Under the pieces are notes generated by a model, which was given only the letters and a program-made list of their open reading frames with translations, was not told the origin of the DNA and made no database searches. Shown here in pieces: positions 40,076-49,824 of a stretch of 64,000 nucleotides of DNA. Every line of letters starts with the position of its first letter. Position 1 is the stretch's first letter. The stretch is taken from NCBI GenBank assembly GCA_964545675.1, contig CAZJGM010000001.1:2575-66574 (forward strand). Reading direction: 5' to 3'. The translations under genes were made by a program, and so were the position numbers. This stretch comes from an uncultured Lachnospiraceae bacterium. GTDB taxonomy: Bacteria > Bacillota > Clostridia > Eubacteriales > Eubacteriaceae.

Positions 40076-40612
40076 GTGAGAGCCGACATTCAGGAAGTTT
40101 TGGTAGACGAAGCTGCTTTGAAAAAACGAATCAGTGAATTAGGGGAACAATTAGCAAATGAGTACCGGGATAAAAATCCGATTTTAATTGGGATATTGAA
40201 AGGCAGTTCAATCTTTATATCCGACTTAATTAGAGAAATGGATATTTATCTGGAAATTGATTTTTTAAAAGCATCGAGTTATGGGTGTGAAGTAAAAAGT
40301 AGTGGGGTCGTCAAGTTAGAACAAGATCTTTCAATGGATGTTAAGGATCGTTATATTCTTTTAATTGAAGATATTGTCGATACTGGCAATACCTTGAAAT
40401 ATCTACTCGATTGTTTTAAAAGTATGGGTGCAAAAGGAGTTGAAGTATGTTCGCTTCTCAATAAGGTGGCCCGTCGCGAACAAAAGGTTGTCGCCGATTA
40501 TATTGGCTTTGAAATTCCCGATGCTTTTGTGGTTGGCTATGGACTGGATTATGCACAGAGATATCGCAATTTACCATTTATTGGGATCCTTAAAAAAGAA
40601 ATCTATGCGTGA
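40076..40612 (+). CDS. hpt: Hypoxanthine phosphoribosyltransferase
   Basis: ILKGS, SSYG, IEDIVDTGNT, FVVGYGLDY..YRNLP. Confidence 0.95.
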   Translation: MRADIQEVLVDEAALKKRISELGEQLANEYRDKNPILIGILKGSSIFISDLIREMDIYLEIDFLKASSYGCEVKSSGVVKLEQDLSMDVKDRYILLIEDIVDTGNTLKYLLDCFKSMGAKGVEVCSLLNKVARREQKVVADYIGFEIPDAFVVGYGLDYAQRYRNLPFIGILKKEIYA

Positions 40613-40639
40613 TTAAATTTGAGGAAGGAGAGATGATTT

Positions 40640-42472
40640 TTGAATAAATATCTTAGAATGATCGGATTTTACATGGTGATTTTACTTATCATTGTTGTGG
40701 CAGTAACGTTTTTAAACCCGGCAAAAGATGAAGTAAAAACCATTATCTATAGTGAGTTATTAGCTGAACTTGAAAATAATCAGGTAGAAGAAATTGAGAT
40801 TAATAATGCCAATGTGACTGGGGTACTCAGAAATGGTGAATCCTTTGAGGCCATCGTTCCTCAATTTATCATTGACCAGCAGATTGCGCCATATATTTTA
40901 GAAAATGATGTCAGAGTAACCATTGCCAAGCAACAAGATTCTTGGTGGATCTCCTTGATTCCCTCGGTGGTTATTATTGTTTTGATGGTTGTCTTCTTTA
41001 TGGTCTTTAGCCAACAAGCCGGTGGCGGTGGTGGCAAAGTAATGTCCTTTGGTAAAAGCAAGGCCAAGCTCCACGTCGAAGGCGAAACCAAGGTCAGCTT
41101 TAAAGATGTGGCCGGAGCTGATGAAGAAAAAGAAGAACTTGAAGAAATTGTCGACTTTTTAAAGGCCCCAGACCGTTACCGCAAACTAGGGGCGCGGATT
41201 CCTAAGGGTGTTTTATTAACCGGACCGCCGGGAACCGGGAAAACCCTACTAGCCAGAGCCGTGGCCGGTGAAGCAGGGGTTCCTTTTTTCACCATCAGTG
41301 GGTCGGATTTCGTGGAAATGTTTGTTGGAGTCGGTGCCTCACGGGTGCGAGACTTGTTTGAAAATGCTAAAAAGAATGCCCCCTGTATTCTTTTTATTGA
41401 TGAAATTGATGCGGTTGGGCGCCATCGTGGGGCTGGCTTAGGCGGTGGCCACGATGAGCGAGAACAAACCCTTAACCAATTGCTGGTTGAAATGGATGGC
41501 TTTGGGGTCAATGAAGGAATTATCATTATTGCCGCAACCAATCGGCCAGATATTCTTGATCCAGCTCTTTTAAGACCGGGGCGTTTTGACCGGTTAATTA
41601 CCGTCGGTGTTCCGGATTTAAAGGGACGAGAAGAGATCCTTGAAATTTATAAAAAGGACAAACCCCTTGATTCTTCGGTTGATTTAAAGACCATTGCCAA
41701 AGGGACACCAGGCTTTACTGGTGCTGACTTAGAAAACTTAATGAATGAAGCAGCTCTTTTGGCGGCTCGGGAAAAAGCCAGAATCATTACCATGAAAGAA
41801 CTGGAAGAAGCGATTAAGCGAGTTATTGCTGGTCCTGAGAAAAAGAGTAAAGTTATCAATGAAGAGGATCTGGTTATTACGGCCTACCATGAAGCAGGTC
41901 ATGCCATTGTTTTGCACCTCCTACCACTTTGTGATTCTGTTCACGAGGTATCAATTATCCCTAGGGGGATGGCAGCTGGTTATACCCTTTCCTTGCCCGA
42001 TGATGATCGACAACATGTCAGTAAAACAAAGCTTTTAGAGAATATTTGTGGGCTTTTAGGTGGCCGAGCCGCTGAGAAAATTGCCCTTGATGATATTTGT
42101 ACGGGGGCTAGTAACGATATTGAACGTGCTACTAAAATGGCCCGGAGTATGGTTACCGAGTGGGGCATGAGTGAGCACCTTGGTCCAATGACCTTTGGTC
42201 AGGCTGATAGTGGCGAGGTTTTTCTCGGTCGTGATTTAGGACGCTCTCGTAACTATAGCGAAGAAGTAGCGGCTGTTATCGATGGTGAAATTAGAGATAT
42301 TGTCGAAAATGCCTTTCAACGGGCCTGTCATATTTTAGAAGAACAACGTGATAAATTAGAAGAGATAGCCCAGCGGCTACTCAAAGATAGAACAGTGACC
42401 GGTGAAGAATTTAGGGCTTTATTTGAAAGCGATAGTGAAAATTTCATTGAAGCTGAAGCGATAATTGAATAA
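40640..42472 (+). CDS. ftsH: ATP-dependent zinc metalloprotease FtsH
   Basis: Two TMs, [42 protein letters not shown] zinc motif. Confidence 0.97.
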   Translation: MNKYLRMIGFYMVILLIIVVAVTFLNPAKDEVKTIIYSELLAELENNQVEEIEINNANVTGVLRNGESFEAIVPQFIIDQQIAPYILENDVRVTIAKQQDSWWISLIPSVVIIVLMVVFFMVFSQQAGGGGGKVMSFGKSKAKLHVEGETKVSFKDVAGADEEKEELEEIVDFLKAPDRYRKLGARIPKGVLLTGPPGTGKTLLARAVAGEAGVPFFTISGSDFVEMFVGVGASRVRDLFENAKKNAPCILFIDEIDAVGRHRGAGLGGGHDEREQTLNQLLVEMDGFGVNEGIIIIAATNRPDILDPALLRPGRFDRLITVGVPDLKGREEILEIYKKDKPLDSSVDLKTIAKGTPGFTGADLENLMNEAALLAAREKARIITMKELEEAIKRVIAGPEKKSKVINEEDLVITAYHEAGHAIVLHLLPLCDSVHEVSIIPRGMAAGYTLSLPDDDRQHVSKTKLLENICGLLGGRAAEKIALDDICTGASNDIERATKMARSMVTEWGMSEHLGPMTFGQADSGEVFLGRDLGRSRNYSEEVAAVIDGEIRDIVENAFQRACHILEEQRDKLEEIAQRLLKDRTVTGEEFRALFESDSENFIEAEAIIE

Positions 42473-42477
42473 AAAAT

Positions 42478-42511
42478 TAATAAAAGCCGTTAGTGATAAC
42501 GGCTTTTATTA
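42478..42511 (+). terminator. Rho-independent terminator after ftsH
   Basis: TAATAAAAGCCGTTA-gtga-TAACGGCTTTTATTA. Confidence 0.8.
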
Positions 42512-42573
42512 ATTAGAATCGGAGTTGAAAAAATGAAAAGTACCGATAGAAAAAAGGAGAGTGAGGTGGGATC

Positions 42574-43350
42574 ATGATATTAGTTATCGATGTCGGCAAT
42601 ACCAATACAGAGTTAGCAGTGATGGCGGACGATAGGATTCTCAATTCATGGCGTTTTGTTAGCAAAACCCCCCGGACCTCAGATGAATATGGGATATTGC
42701 TGCGAAGCTTATTTGACCATGATGGGGTTTCTTTAAAAGAAATAAAAGACGTGGTTATTTCGTCAGTTGTTCCCAATATGATGTATTCTTTAAATAATGG
42801 CATAAAAAAATACATTGGTCTTGAACCGATGATTATCGGGCCAGGAATTAAAACAGGCATGCCCATTCACACCTCGGACCCTAGTGAAGTCGGTGCTGAC
42901 CGGATTGTCGATGGGGTGGCTGCTTATCAGATCTATGGGGGACCGGTCATTATCATCGATTTTGGAACGGCAACGACTTTTGATTATGTGACAAAAGAAG
43001 GGGCTTTTTCAGCAGCCGTTACGACCCCGGGCATTCAAATTGCCATTGATGCCCTATGGCGAAATGCGGCCAAGCTTCCCAACATTGAGATTAAGAAACC
43101 GGCCTCGATTTTAGCAAAGGATACGGTAACCAGTATGCAAGCCGGTCTTGTCTACGGCTATATCGGTCAGGTTGAATACATTATCAAACAGATGATTAAA
43201 GAAACCGCTGTTGATACCATGAAAGTTGTGGCCACTGGTGGTTATGGGCGGATGTTTTACCAAGAAACGGACTTAATTGATGTCTATGATCCCAAGCTCT
43301 CCATTAAGGGCTTAAAGATTATCTATGATAAAAATAAGAAGAAAGGCTAA
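42574..43350 (+). CDS. coaX: Type III pantothenate kinase
   Basis: IDVGNTN, SSVVP, VGADR, DFGTATT, VVATGG. Confidence 0.94.
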   Translation: MILVIDVGNTNTELAVMADDRILNSWRFVSKTPRTSDEYGILLRSLFDHDGVSLKEIKDVVISSVVPNMMYSLNNGIKKYIGLEPMIIGPGIKTGMPIHTSDPSEVGADRIVDGVAAYQIYGGPVIIIDFGTATTFDYVTKEGAFSAAVTTPGIQIAIDALWRNAAKLPNIEIKKPASILAKDTVTSMQAGLVYGYIGQVEYIIKQMIKETAVDTMKVVATGGYGRMFYQETDLIDVYDPKLSIKGLKIIYDKNKKKG

Positions 43351-43365
43351 TAGACGGGTTAGAAG

Positions 43366-44355
43366 ATGGGATTACTTGAATTATTTAATCAAAAAACCCC
43401 CTTATTTCTAGGACCGATGGCCGGTTATACCAACTTAGCTTATCGCTTAATAGCAAAGAGATTTGCTGCCGATGCGGTCGTCACTGAGATGATCTCGGCC
43501 AAGGGACTTTACTATAAAGACCCTAAAACCATTGATTTAATGCGGACCCTTCCTGAGGAAGGGCCAGTTGGGGTCCAGATTTTTGGGTCGGATAAAGAAA
43601 TAGTGGCCGAGGTGATTAAAACGAGACTTAATCAGACAAATTTTGATTTTATCGATTTTAATGCCGGATGCCCAGCCCCTAAAATAACTAAAAATGGCGA
43701 GGGATCGGCACTTTTAAAAACCCCCGATCACTTGTATGAGATTATCGCCAAAATGGTTGCAGTTTCAGCCAAGCCAATAACGGTTAAAACACGATTAGGT
43801 TGGGATAATCAATCGATTAATATCGAAGAGGTTGCCAAGGGGATTGAGGCTGCTGGGGCTGCAGCCTTATTTATTCACGGGCGGACACGGGCAGCCTATT
43901 ATTCTGGCCAGGCCAATTGGCAGCCAATTGCCAGAGTTAAGAAAATGCTGACCATTCCACTTGTCCTTAATGGTGACATTAATAGTGGTCAGGCGGCTAA
44001 GAAAGCCCTTGATCAAACAGGGGTTGATGGCTTAATGATTGGGCGAGCAGCAATTGGCAATCCCTTTATCTTTAAAGAAGTTGATCATTATTTAAAGACT
44101 GGCCAAAGCCTGGAAAAAGCGACCACCATTCAACGCTTGGAGATGGCTTTACTGCACCTTAAGACCTTGTCCTGCTTGGATAACCAAGAAAGGGCAGCCC
44201 GAGAAATCCGCAAGCACTTGGCTATGTATATCCGGGGCATGGACCATGCGAGCGTTTTAAGGGATAAAATTGTTAGAAGCCCCAATAAAGAAGCCCTTAT
44301 GGACCTTCTTGAGGAAAGTTTGTTAAGTGAAAGAAAAAGAGTTGAGATATCCTAG
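43366..44355 (+). CDS. dusB: tRNA-dihydrouridine synthase B
   Basis: PMAGYT, QIFGS, NAGCP, IHGRT, NGDI, MIGRAAIGNP. Confidence 0.92.
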   Translation: MGLLELFNQKTPLFLGPMAGYTNLAYRLIAKRFAADAVVTEMISAKGLYYKDPKTIDLMRTLPEEGPVGVQIFGSDKEIVAEVIKTRLNQTNFDFIDFNAGCPAPKITKNGEGSALLKTPDHLYEIIAKMVAVSAKPITVKTRLGWDNQSINIEEVAKGIEAAGAAALFIHGRTRAAYYSGQANWQPIARVKKMLTIPLVLNGDINSGQAAKKALDQTGVDGLMIGRAAIGNPFIFKEVDHYLKTGQSLEKATTIQRLEMALLHLKTLSCLDNQERAAREIRKHLAMYIRGMDHASVLRDKIVRSPNKEALMDLLEESLLSERKRVEIS

Positions 44356-44393
44356 AAGTTCTTTCCTAGCAATGGCAAATTTTGGTAAATTTA

Positions 44394-44402
44394 TGATATA
44401 AT
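44394..44402 (+). promoter_or_regulatory. Extended -10 promoter upstream of split yeeE pair
   Basis: TGaTATAAT. Confidence 0.5.
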
Positions 44403-44454
44403 TTAAAGGATAAGGCAAAAATGATCAGGTAAATAAGAGAGAAGTGAGTAGTTA

Positions 44455-45108
44455 ATGAGGCAATTAGATCAGGACAATTTAAAAAAAGACGAAAAACAAA
44501 GTTTTTATGGGACCGGCCTAATAATAGCCTTATTTTTGATTGGTTTTTTTTTGTTTTTATCATCACCATTGACAGCCTTTTACTGGCTAACGGGAATTAT
44601 TTTGGGCTATATTCTTCAACGATCACGCTTTTGTTTTACAGCTTCCTTAAGAGATCCTTACCTTACTGGGGGAACGGCCCTTAGTCAAGCGGTATTAATG
44701 GCCTTATTGCTGACAAGTAGTGGCTTTGCCTTGATAAAATATCTTTTTTTAATCAGTGGCCAAGCACTTCCGGGCCAAGACTATGTCCAAGCCATCGGCC
44801 TTAACACCCTTGTTGGTGGCCTTATGTTTGGGATTGGCATGGTGATAGCCAGTGGCTGTGCATCGGGCTTATTGATGCGCATTGGTGAAGGCTTTCAAAT
44901 TCAAATGCTGACCCTAGTCTTTTTTTTCTTTGGTTATTTGTTGGCGAGCCTAAAGCTTAAATGGTGGCAGGAAAACTTTATCATCCTTCCTGAGGGTCTT
45001 TTTCTCCCCGACCTGTTGACTTGGCCGGGGGCAATTTTTGTCCAGCTGGCGGTGATCGGAGCCCTCTATCGTTTGGCCATAAAGTGGGAGAAAAGCCATG
45101 AAGATTGA
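44455..45108 (+). CDS. YeeE/YedE sulfur transporter family protein, N-terminal half
   Basis: LQRSRFCFTASLRD and GGLMFGIGMVIASGCASG motifs, RIGEG. Confidence 0.88.
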   Translation: MRQLDQDNLKKDEKQSFYGTGLIIALFLIGFFLFLSSPLTAFYWLTGIILGYILQRSRFCFTASLRDPYLTGGTALSQAVLMALLLTSSGFALIKYLFLISGQALPGQDYVQAIGLNTLVGGLMFGIGMVIASGCASGLLMRIGEGFQIQMLTLVFFFFGYLLASLKLKWWQENFIILPEGLFLPDLLTWPGAIFVQLAVIGALYRLAIKWEKSHED

Positions 45109-45595
45109 TTTAAAAAAAATTAATCAAAAATACTTTAAGAAGGCTTGGACCTATATGACGGGGGCTGTTTTATTGTCGCTTGTGCAGATCATAACTCTGG
45201 TCGTAACCGGCCAGCCTTGGGGAATCACAGGGGCCTTCACCTATTGGAGTGAGCGAGTGCTTGACACCCTAGTAGGCATCTCTTACACTGGCAGGGTCTG
45301 GTTTTTAGAAAACCCCATATCAGTCCGAAATATCGGCATCATTATGGGAGCTTTGGTATCAACACTCCTAGCCGCTCAATTTCGCTTTAAAAAGATCAAG
45401 TCAGGCAAGCAGCTTGGGGGCGCAATTATCGGCGGCTTTTTAATGGGTTATGGATCACGGATTGCATCAGGTTGCAATATCGGGGCCTTCTATAGTAGCA
45501 TCTCATCGCTGTCCCTATCAGGTTGGGTCTTTGGCTTGGCTCTTTTGGGCGGCTCAATTATTGGGGGAAAATTATTGATAAAGTATTTTATCTGA
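45098..45595 (+). CDS. YeeE/YedE sulfur transporter family protein, C-terminal half
   Basis: PWGITG, GGFLMGYGSRIASGCNIG, SLSGW; own GGAG SD 7 nt before ATG. Confidence 0.88.
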   Translation: MKIDLKKINQKYFKKAWTYMTGAVLLSLVQIITLVVTGQPWGITGAFTYWSERVLDTLVGISYTGRVWFLENPISVRNIGIIMGALVSTLLAAQFRFKKIKSGKQLGGAIIGGFLMGYGSRIASGCNIGAFYSSISSLSLSGWVFGLALLGGSIIGGKLLIKYFI

Positions 45596-45671
45596 TAAAA
45601 ATTTAGGACGATCACTTGGGAATTATGTTAAGATAAAGTGACAATTAGAAATGGTAAGGAAGTGATAATTC

Positions 45672-46565
45672 TTGCATATCGAATATTTGGAAAATTTTTA
45701 TAAAGTCGCCACCGCTAAGAGTATCTCTAAGGTGGCAAAAGAGATTCATGTGTCTCAATCGGCTTTAAGTCAACAAATTTCAAAATTGGAAAATGATTTT
45801 AATGCAGTCTTGCTTGAGCGCAGCAATAAAGGGGTTGAGTTGACGGAAAAAGGAAAAATTGTCGTTCAATATGCTGAAAACATAGTTAGAACCTATAATA
45901 TGATGGTCGAAAAATTAGAGCAAAGTGATAATAATATCAGAGATATTAAAATTGAAGCTTTTTGGACCATTGCCAATTATTCCCTGCCGTGTGTGATGTA
46001 TAAGGTCAAAAAACGATTTCCACAAAATAATTATGAAATTAAATCCAATAAAGCACTGGAAATTGAAGATAATATCTTAAATAATATTTGTGATTTAGGG
46101 GTAATTTATGGAAAACCCAAAAGTCCTAAATTATCCTATTATAAAATTGGCATTGATAAACTGGTCTTAATTGCCATCGATGACTATCCGATCCCCGATC
46201 AGATCAAGCTGGAAGATTTAGCCCTTTACCCCTTGATTATGCTTAACGATAATATGGATTTAACGAAGATGATTTCTAAACGAATGCAGAAAATGGGAAA
46301 AGACCCCAAAGAACTTAATCTGATGTTTAAAAGTGATTCGGTTGAATCGGTAAAAGCTTCGGTATTGAATGAATTTGGGATTGGTTTTTTGCCCTATATC
46401 TCAATTAAGAAAGAATTATATAAAAAGCAACTTAAGATTATTGAAATTACCGATATGATTATCGAGTACGAGATGTATCTGATTTATGAAGAGACCATTA
46501 AAAACAAGGTTCTTAATGATTTTACCCGTTATTTTAAGGATATTGCCAGGAAAAGTTTGTGCTAA
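45672..46565 (+). CDS. LysR-family transcriptional regulator
   Basis: HTH SISKVAKEIHVSQSALSQQISKLE, LLERSNKGVELTEKG, C-terminal GIGFLP. Confidence 0.92.
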   Translation: MHIEYLENFYKVATAKSISKVAKEIHVSQSALSQQISKLENDFNAVLLERSNKGVELTEKGKIVVQYAENIVRTYNMMVEKLEQSDNNIRDIKIEAFWTIANYSLPCVMYKVKKRFPQNNYEIKSNKALEIEDNILNNICDLGVIYGKPKSPKLSYYKIGIDKLVLIAIDDYPIPDQIKLEDLALYPLIMLNDNMDLTKMISKRMQKMGKDPKELNLMFKSDSVESVKASVLNEFGIGFLPYISIKKELYKKQLKIIEITDMIIEYEMYLIYEETIKNKVLNDFTRYFKDIARKSLC

Positions 46566-46774
46566 GACTTGGTTAAAACGATTTCCCAAACACCGTTGAT
46601 CACTTCCTCTGAGCTGATCTGGTGGTTTTTAAATTTACTTGATAAAGACTCGAGAACACAGCTATGGTCGGTGATGATTTTAAGGCTTTGGCCTGTTTGA
46701 ATTTTTTTTAGTTCTTTTTGAGTTTTAAGAATTGGAATGGGACAGATATCCCCAAGACAATCGATTACTTTCAT
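46562..46774 (-). CDS. TusA/YeeD-family sulfur carrier protein
   Basis: IDCLGDICPIP (CPxP motif), 70 aa, KIITDHSC, GVWEI; AAGGAGG SD. Confidence 0.9.
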   Translation of the reverse strand: MKVIDCLGDICPIPILKTQKELKKIQTGQSLKIITDHSCVLESLSSKFKNHQISSEEVINGVWEIVLTKS

Positions 46775-46876
46775 AAGCGACCTCCTTAATTTTTTAATTA
46801 AAAGTATATCATAAATAATAAGGAAAAGATAAAGATATAATAGACAATATGAAATGGCATAGAAAAAGGGTGAAAA

Positions 46877-47551
46877 ATGGAAATAAGCATTGTTGTCCCT
46901 GTATATAATAGTAGTCGGTCGATTGAAGAACTGGTTAAGCGAATTATTAGGGTACTGGAAGAAAAAAAAATAAAGTTTGAAATCATCCTTGTCGATGATT
47001 GCTCAAAGGATGATTCGCTAAGGGTCCTTGAGAAAATAAAAGAAGAGGATTCGCGGGTCCTTGTTTTGCCACTTGAAAAAAACCAAGGACAGCAAGCCGC
47101 TACAAAGCAAGGAATGGCCCTAGCTAAGGGTCAGGCGATTGTAACCATTGATGACGATTTAGAGCAGCAACCCGAAGATATTCCCAAACTAATTGATGAA
47201 TTAAACAAGGGCTATGATGTCGTTTATGGGGTGATTAACCGTGAAAACTATCCCTTTTACCGTAAATGGGGCAGTCAGCTGGTCGATTTATTTTTCACCT
47301 ATTTTTTAGATAAACCGGCAGAAATACGGGTTGGCTGTTTTCGTATTTTAAAGCGAAAAATTAGTGACCAGATTATTAAGGACCAGACCCCCTTTGTTTA
47401 TATCACGGCCATTAGCTTAATCGTTACTAAGAATATTGGAAACGTCGGGGTGAGCCACCAAGACCGGCAATATGGGCGGTCAAATTATAATTTTAAAAAG
47501 CTAATAAAGCTTTTTTTTAACTTGTTTTATTATTATCGAAAGGCAATTTAA
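46877..47551 (+). CDS. Glycosyltransferase family 2, polyprenyl-phosphate glycosyltransferase (GtrB/ArnC-like, short form)
   Basis: SIVVPVYN, ILVDDCSKD, NQGQQAA, TIDDDL, GYDVVYG, RQYGRSNY; ends before the usual C-terminal TMs. Confidence 0.85.
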   Translation: MEISIVVPVYNSSRSIEELVKRIIRVLEEKKIKFEIILVDDCSKDDSLRVLEKIKEEDSRVLVLPLEKNQGQQAATKQGMALAKGQAIVTIDDDLEQQPEDIPKLIDELNKGYDVVYGVINRENYPFYRKWGSQLVDLFFTYFLDKPAEIRVGCFRILKRKISDQIIKDQTPFVYITAISLIVTKNIGNVGVSHQDRQYGRSNYNFKKLIKLFFNLFYYYRKAI

Positions 47552-47552
47552 G

Positions 47553-48764
47553 ATGCGAATACAAATTTTAGGTGGCGGAAACAACCAATTAAATGCCATT
47601 ATCCGAGCAAAAGAAAAAGGCCATCAAGTGCTTTTATGCGATTATTATCAAGACCCACCAGGCCGAACCTATGCTGATTTCAACGAGCAGGTCAGCACCT
47701 TTGATGTCGAGGCCAATATAGCGGTGGCAAAAGCCTATCAAGTCGATGGCATTATGACCATTGGGACTGATCAGCCAGTTTATACAGTTGCTTGTGTAGC
47801 AGACAAACAAAAGCTAGCTCGGTTTTTAGATGTTGACACAGCCGCAGCAGTGACCAATAAAGAAAAGATGAAGATGGTTTTTGCAAAAGGGGGAATCCCG
47901 TCGCCTCGGCATCTTTTTATTGGTAAAGAGGCAGTGGAAGCCGATTTACAAGGCCTTCGTTTTCCAGTCGTGTTAAAACCAGTCGATAGCCAAGGACAAA
48001 GAGGGGTCTTTAAATTAAAGTCAGCCAAAGACGTGATTAGCCACCTTGACCAAAGCCTAAGTTTTTCCAGAGAGGCGATTGCCTTAGTGGAAGAGTACTA
48101 TCAAAGTGATGAATTAACGGTATCGGCTTGGCTTAAGGATGGACGAGCCAGAATTTTGACCATTACCGACCGCCTAAGTATTAATATGGACAAGCATATC
48201 GGGATTTGCTATGCCCATGAATTTCCTTCAAAACATAGGGATTCCTATGACCAAATAAAAGATCTAATTGATGCCATTAGTCGGGCCTTTGCCATTAAAA
48301 ATGGTCCCTTGTATGTGCAATTGTTGGTCGGTCAAGCGGGGATCTTAGTCAATGAAGTGGCCTGTCGCATCGGTGGGGCCTATGAAGATATTTTTATCCC
48401 TTATTTGACCGGTTTTGATATTTTAGATGCGGTCATTGATTATTCCTTAGGGCTTGTTCCATCGCTAGAAATGCATGATCCTTTAGATAAATGGGTATCG
48501 GTTCAATTATTTTTTGCTCGCCCCGGAAGGGTCAAGGACTTAAGCCCAATTGAGAGCCTTAAAAAGTGTCCCGGTGTTATCGGTGGCGGTTATAATATTA
48601 GCAAAGATCAAACGATTGAAAGCATTAATAATGCCACGGCCAGGGCTGGTTATTTGGTAATTACCGGAGACAGCCAAGAAGAGTTAAAAATAAATCGCAA
48701 GCGGGTCTTTAGCCAATTGAAAATTATGAATGAAAAGGGTGAAAATCTTTTGCTTAACTTTTAA
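47553..48764 (+). CDS. ATP-grasp domain protein (amide ligase of unknown substrate)
   Basis: ILGGGNNQ, TNKEKMK, FPVVLKPVDSQGQRGV, LVEEY, NEVACRIGG. Confidence 0.85.
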   Translation: MRIQILGGGNNQLNAIIRAKEKGHQVLLCDYYQDPPGRTYADFNEQVSTFDVEANIAVAKAYQVDGIMTIGTDQPVYTVACVADKQKLARFLDVDTAAAVTNKEKMKMVFAKGGIPSPRHLFIGKEAVEADLQGLRFPVVLKPVDSQGQRGVFKLKSAKDVISHLDQSLSFSREAIALVEEYYQSDELTVSAWLKDGRARILTITDRLSINMDKHIGICYAHEFPSKHRDSYDQIKDLIDAISRAFAIKNGPLYVQLLVGQAGILVNEVACRIGGAYEDIFIPYLTGFDILDAVIDYSLGLVPSLEMHDPLDKWVSVQLFFARPGRVKDLSPIESLKKCPGVIGGGYNISKDQTIESINNATARAGYLVITGDSQEELKINRKRVFSQLKIMNEKGENLLLNF

Positions 48765-48843
48765 TAGAAATAAAAAGGGCAAAAATCTTTTGCTTAATTA
48801 TTAATAGAAATAAAAAGGTCAAAATTTTTTGCTTAACCTTTAA
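48731..48843. repeat. 40-bp tandem repeat, about 2.8 copies, spanning the ATP-grasp stop codon
   Basis: Units at 48731, 48771, 48811 with consensus TAAAAAGGGCAAAAATCTTTTGCTTAAYTWTTAATAGAAA. Confidence 0.85.
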
Positions 48844-48876
48844 GGACACGATTAAAAAATAAAAGAGGACTGAAAA

Positions 48877-49824
48877 ATGAAAAAATTAGGAATTATCATT
48901 ATTTGTTTATTTATGTTAACGGGCTGTGCGAGCGAAAAAAGCCAAACGGAGATTCGGATAGCCGAACAATATGGCATTGCCTATGCACCGGTTCAAATTA
49001 TGCGTGATCAGAAATTTTTAGAAAAAAATGCCCCTGATGCCCAGGTCACTTGGGAGCAGATGGCAAACACGGCAGCCATCCGAGAAGCCATGATATCGGA
49101 TCATCTGGATATCGGCTTTATGGCCATACCCCCTTTTTTAATTGGTTGGGATAATGGCATGGATTGGAAAATTGCCACTGGCCTTTCATCGGTCCCAGTC
49201 GGCTTAGTTGGCAACAAGGAAATCGGCTCATTAGCCGATATTGGCAGTGATGATCGGATCGCCCTTCCCCAACCGGGGAGTGTCCAGCATATTCTCCTAG
49301 CCATGGCCTGCCAAAAAGAATTTAATGATCCCCAGAAAATGGATAATCAACTGGTGACCTTGTCGCATCCTGATGGAATGAATGTCTTATTGGCGGGAAA
49401 TGAAATAGCGGCCCACTTTACTTCGACTCCTTACTTGGAGTTGGAATTGGAAGATGAGAAAATGCACAAAATCCTCGATGGCAAAGAGGCTTTTGGCGGT
49501 GATTTTAGTTTTATCGTTGGCGTTAGCACTAGAACATTCCATGATGACTATCCCTTGCTCTATGAAAAATTTAATCAATCCTTAGCCCAAGCCATTGCCT
49601 TTATAGAGGAATCCCCCGAAGAGGCGGCTAGCATCTTGACAAATTATTACGATCTGCCCAAGGAAGAGATACTTGCTTATTTAAGTTCGCCAGGAGTCGT
49701 CTATGATACTGGGGTAAGGGGGACCCGGCAGTTTTCTGATTTTATGACCGAGACCAATTATTTAAATAAATCCTATGGCCAGGCGAGTGACATTTTCTGG
49801 GAAAACACCAAGCATGAAGACTAG
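48877..49824 (+). CDS. NitT/TauT-family ABC transporter substrate-binding lipoprotein
   Basis: Lipobox LTGC; IRIAEQYGIAYAP, RIALPQPGSVQH, LSHPDG, AHFTSTPY; adjacent NitT-type permease and ATPase. Confidence 0.85.
   Translation: MKKLGIIIICLFMLTGCASEKSQTEIRIAEQYGIAYAPVQIMRDQKFLEKNAPDAQVTWEQMANTAAIREAMISDHLDIGFMAIPPFLIGWDNGMDWKIATGLSSVPVGLVGNKEIGSLADIGSDDRIALPQPGSVQHILLAMACQKEFNDPQKMDNQLVTLSHPDGMNVLLAGNEIAAHFTSTPYLELELEDEKMHKILDGKEAFGGDFSFIVGVSTRTFHDDYPLLYEKFNQSLAQAIAFIEESPEEAASILTNYYDLPKEEILAYLSSPGVVYDTGVRGTRQFSDFMTETNYLNKSYGQASDIFWENTKHED

Noticed and set aside
41176..41541. Antisense ORFs inside ftsH (also those inside mfd, hup, cbiG, murC, prs, yabM and CoADR)
   Set aside because: Shadow ORFs opposite or overlapping well-supported genes, with no recognisable motifs
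44366..44569. 67-aa minus-strand ORF at the left edge of the accessory block, and 62-aa ORF 46798..46986
   Set aside because: Low-complexity translations overlapping real genes and promoters in AT-rich DNA
48731..48843. CRISPR mini-array
   Set aside because: Units are contiguous with no unique spacers, copy 1 is coding sequence, and no cas genes are in the window
45097..49824. Two genes both ending HED-stop with the same 11-nt ATGAAGA overlap (yeeE-N/yeeE-C and SBP/permease)
   Set aside because: Explained by the constraint of overlapping an ATG-AAG start; similarity too short to imply common origin
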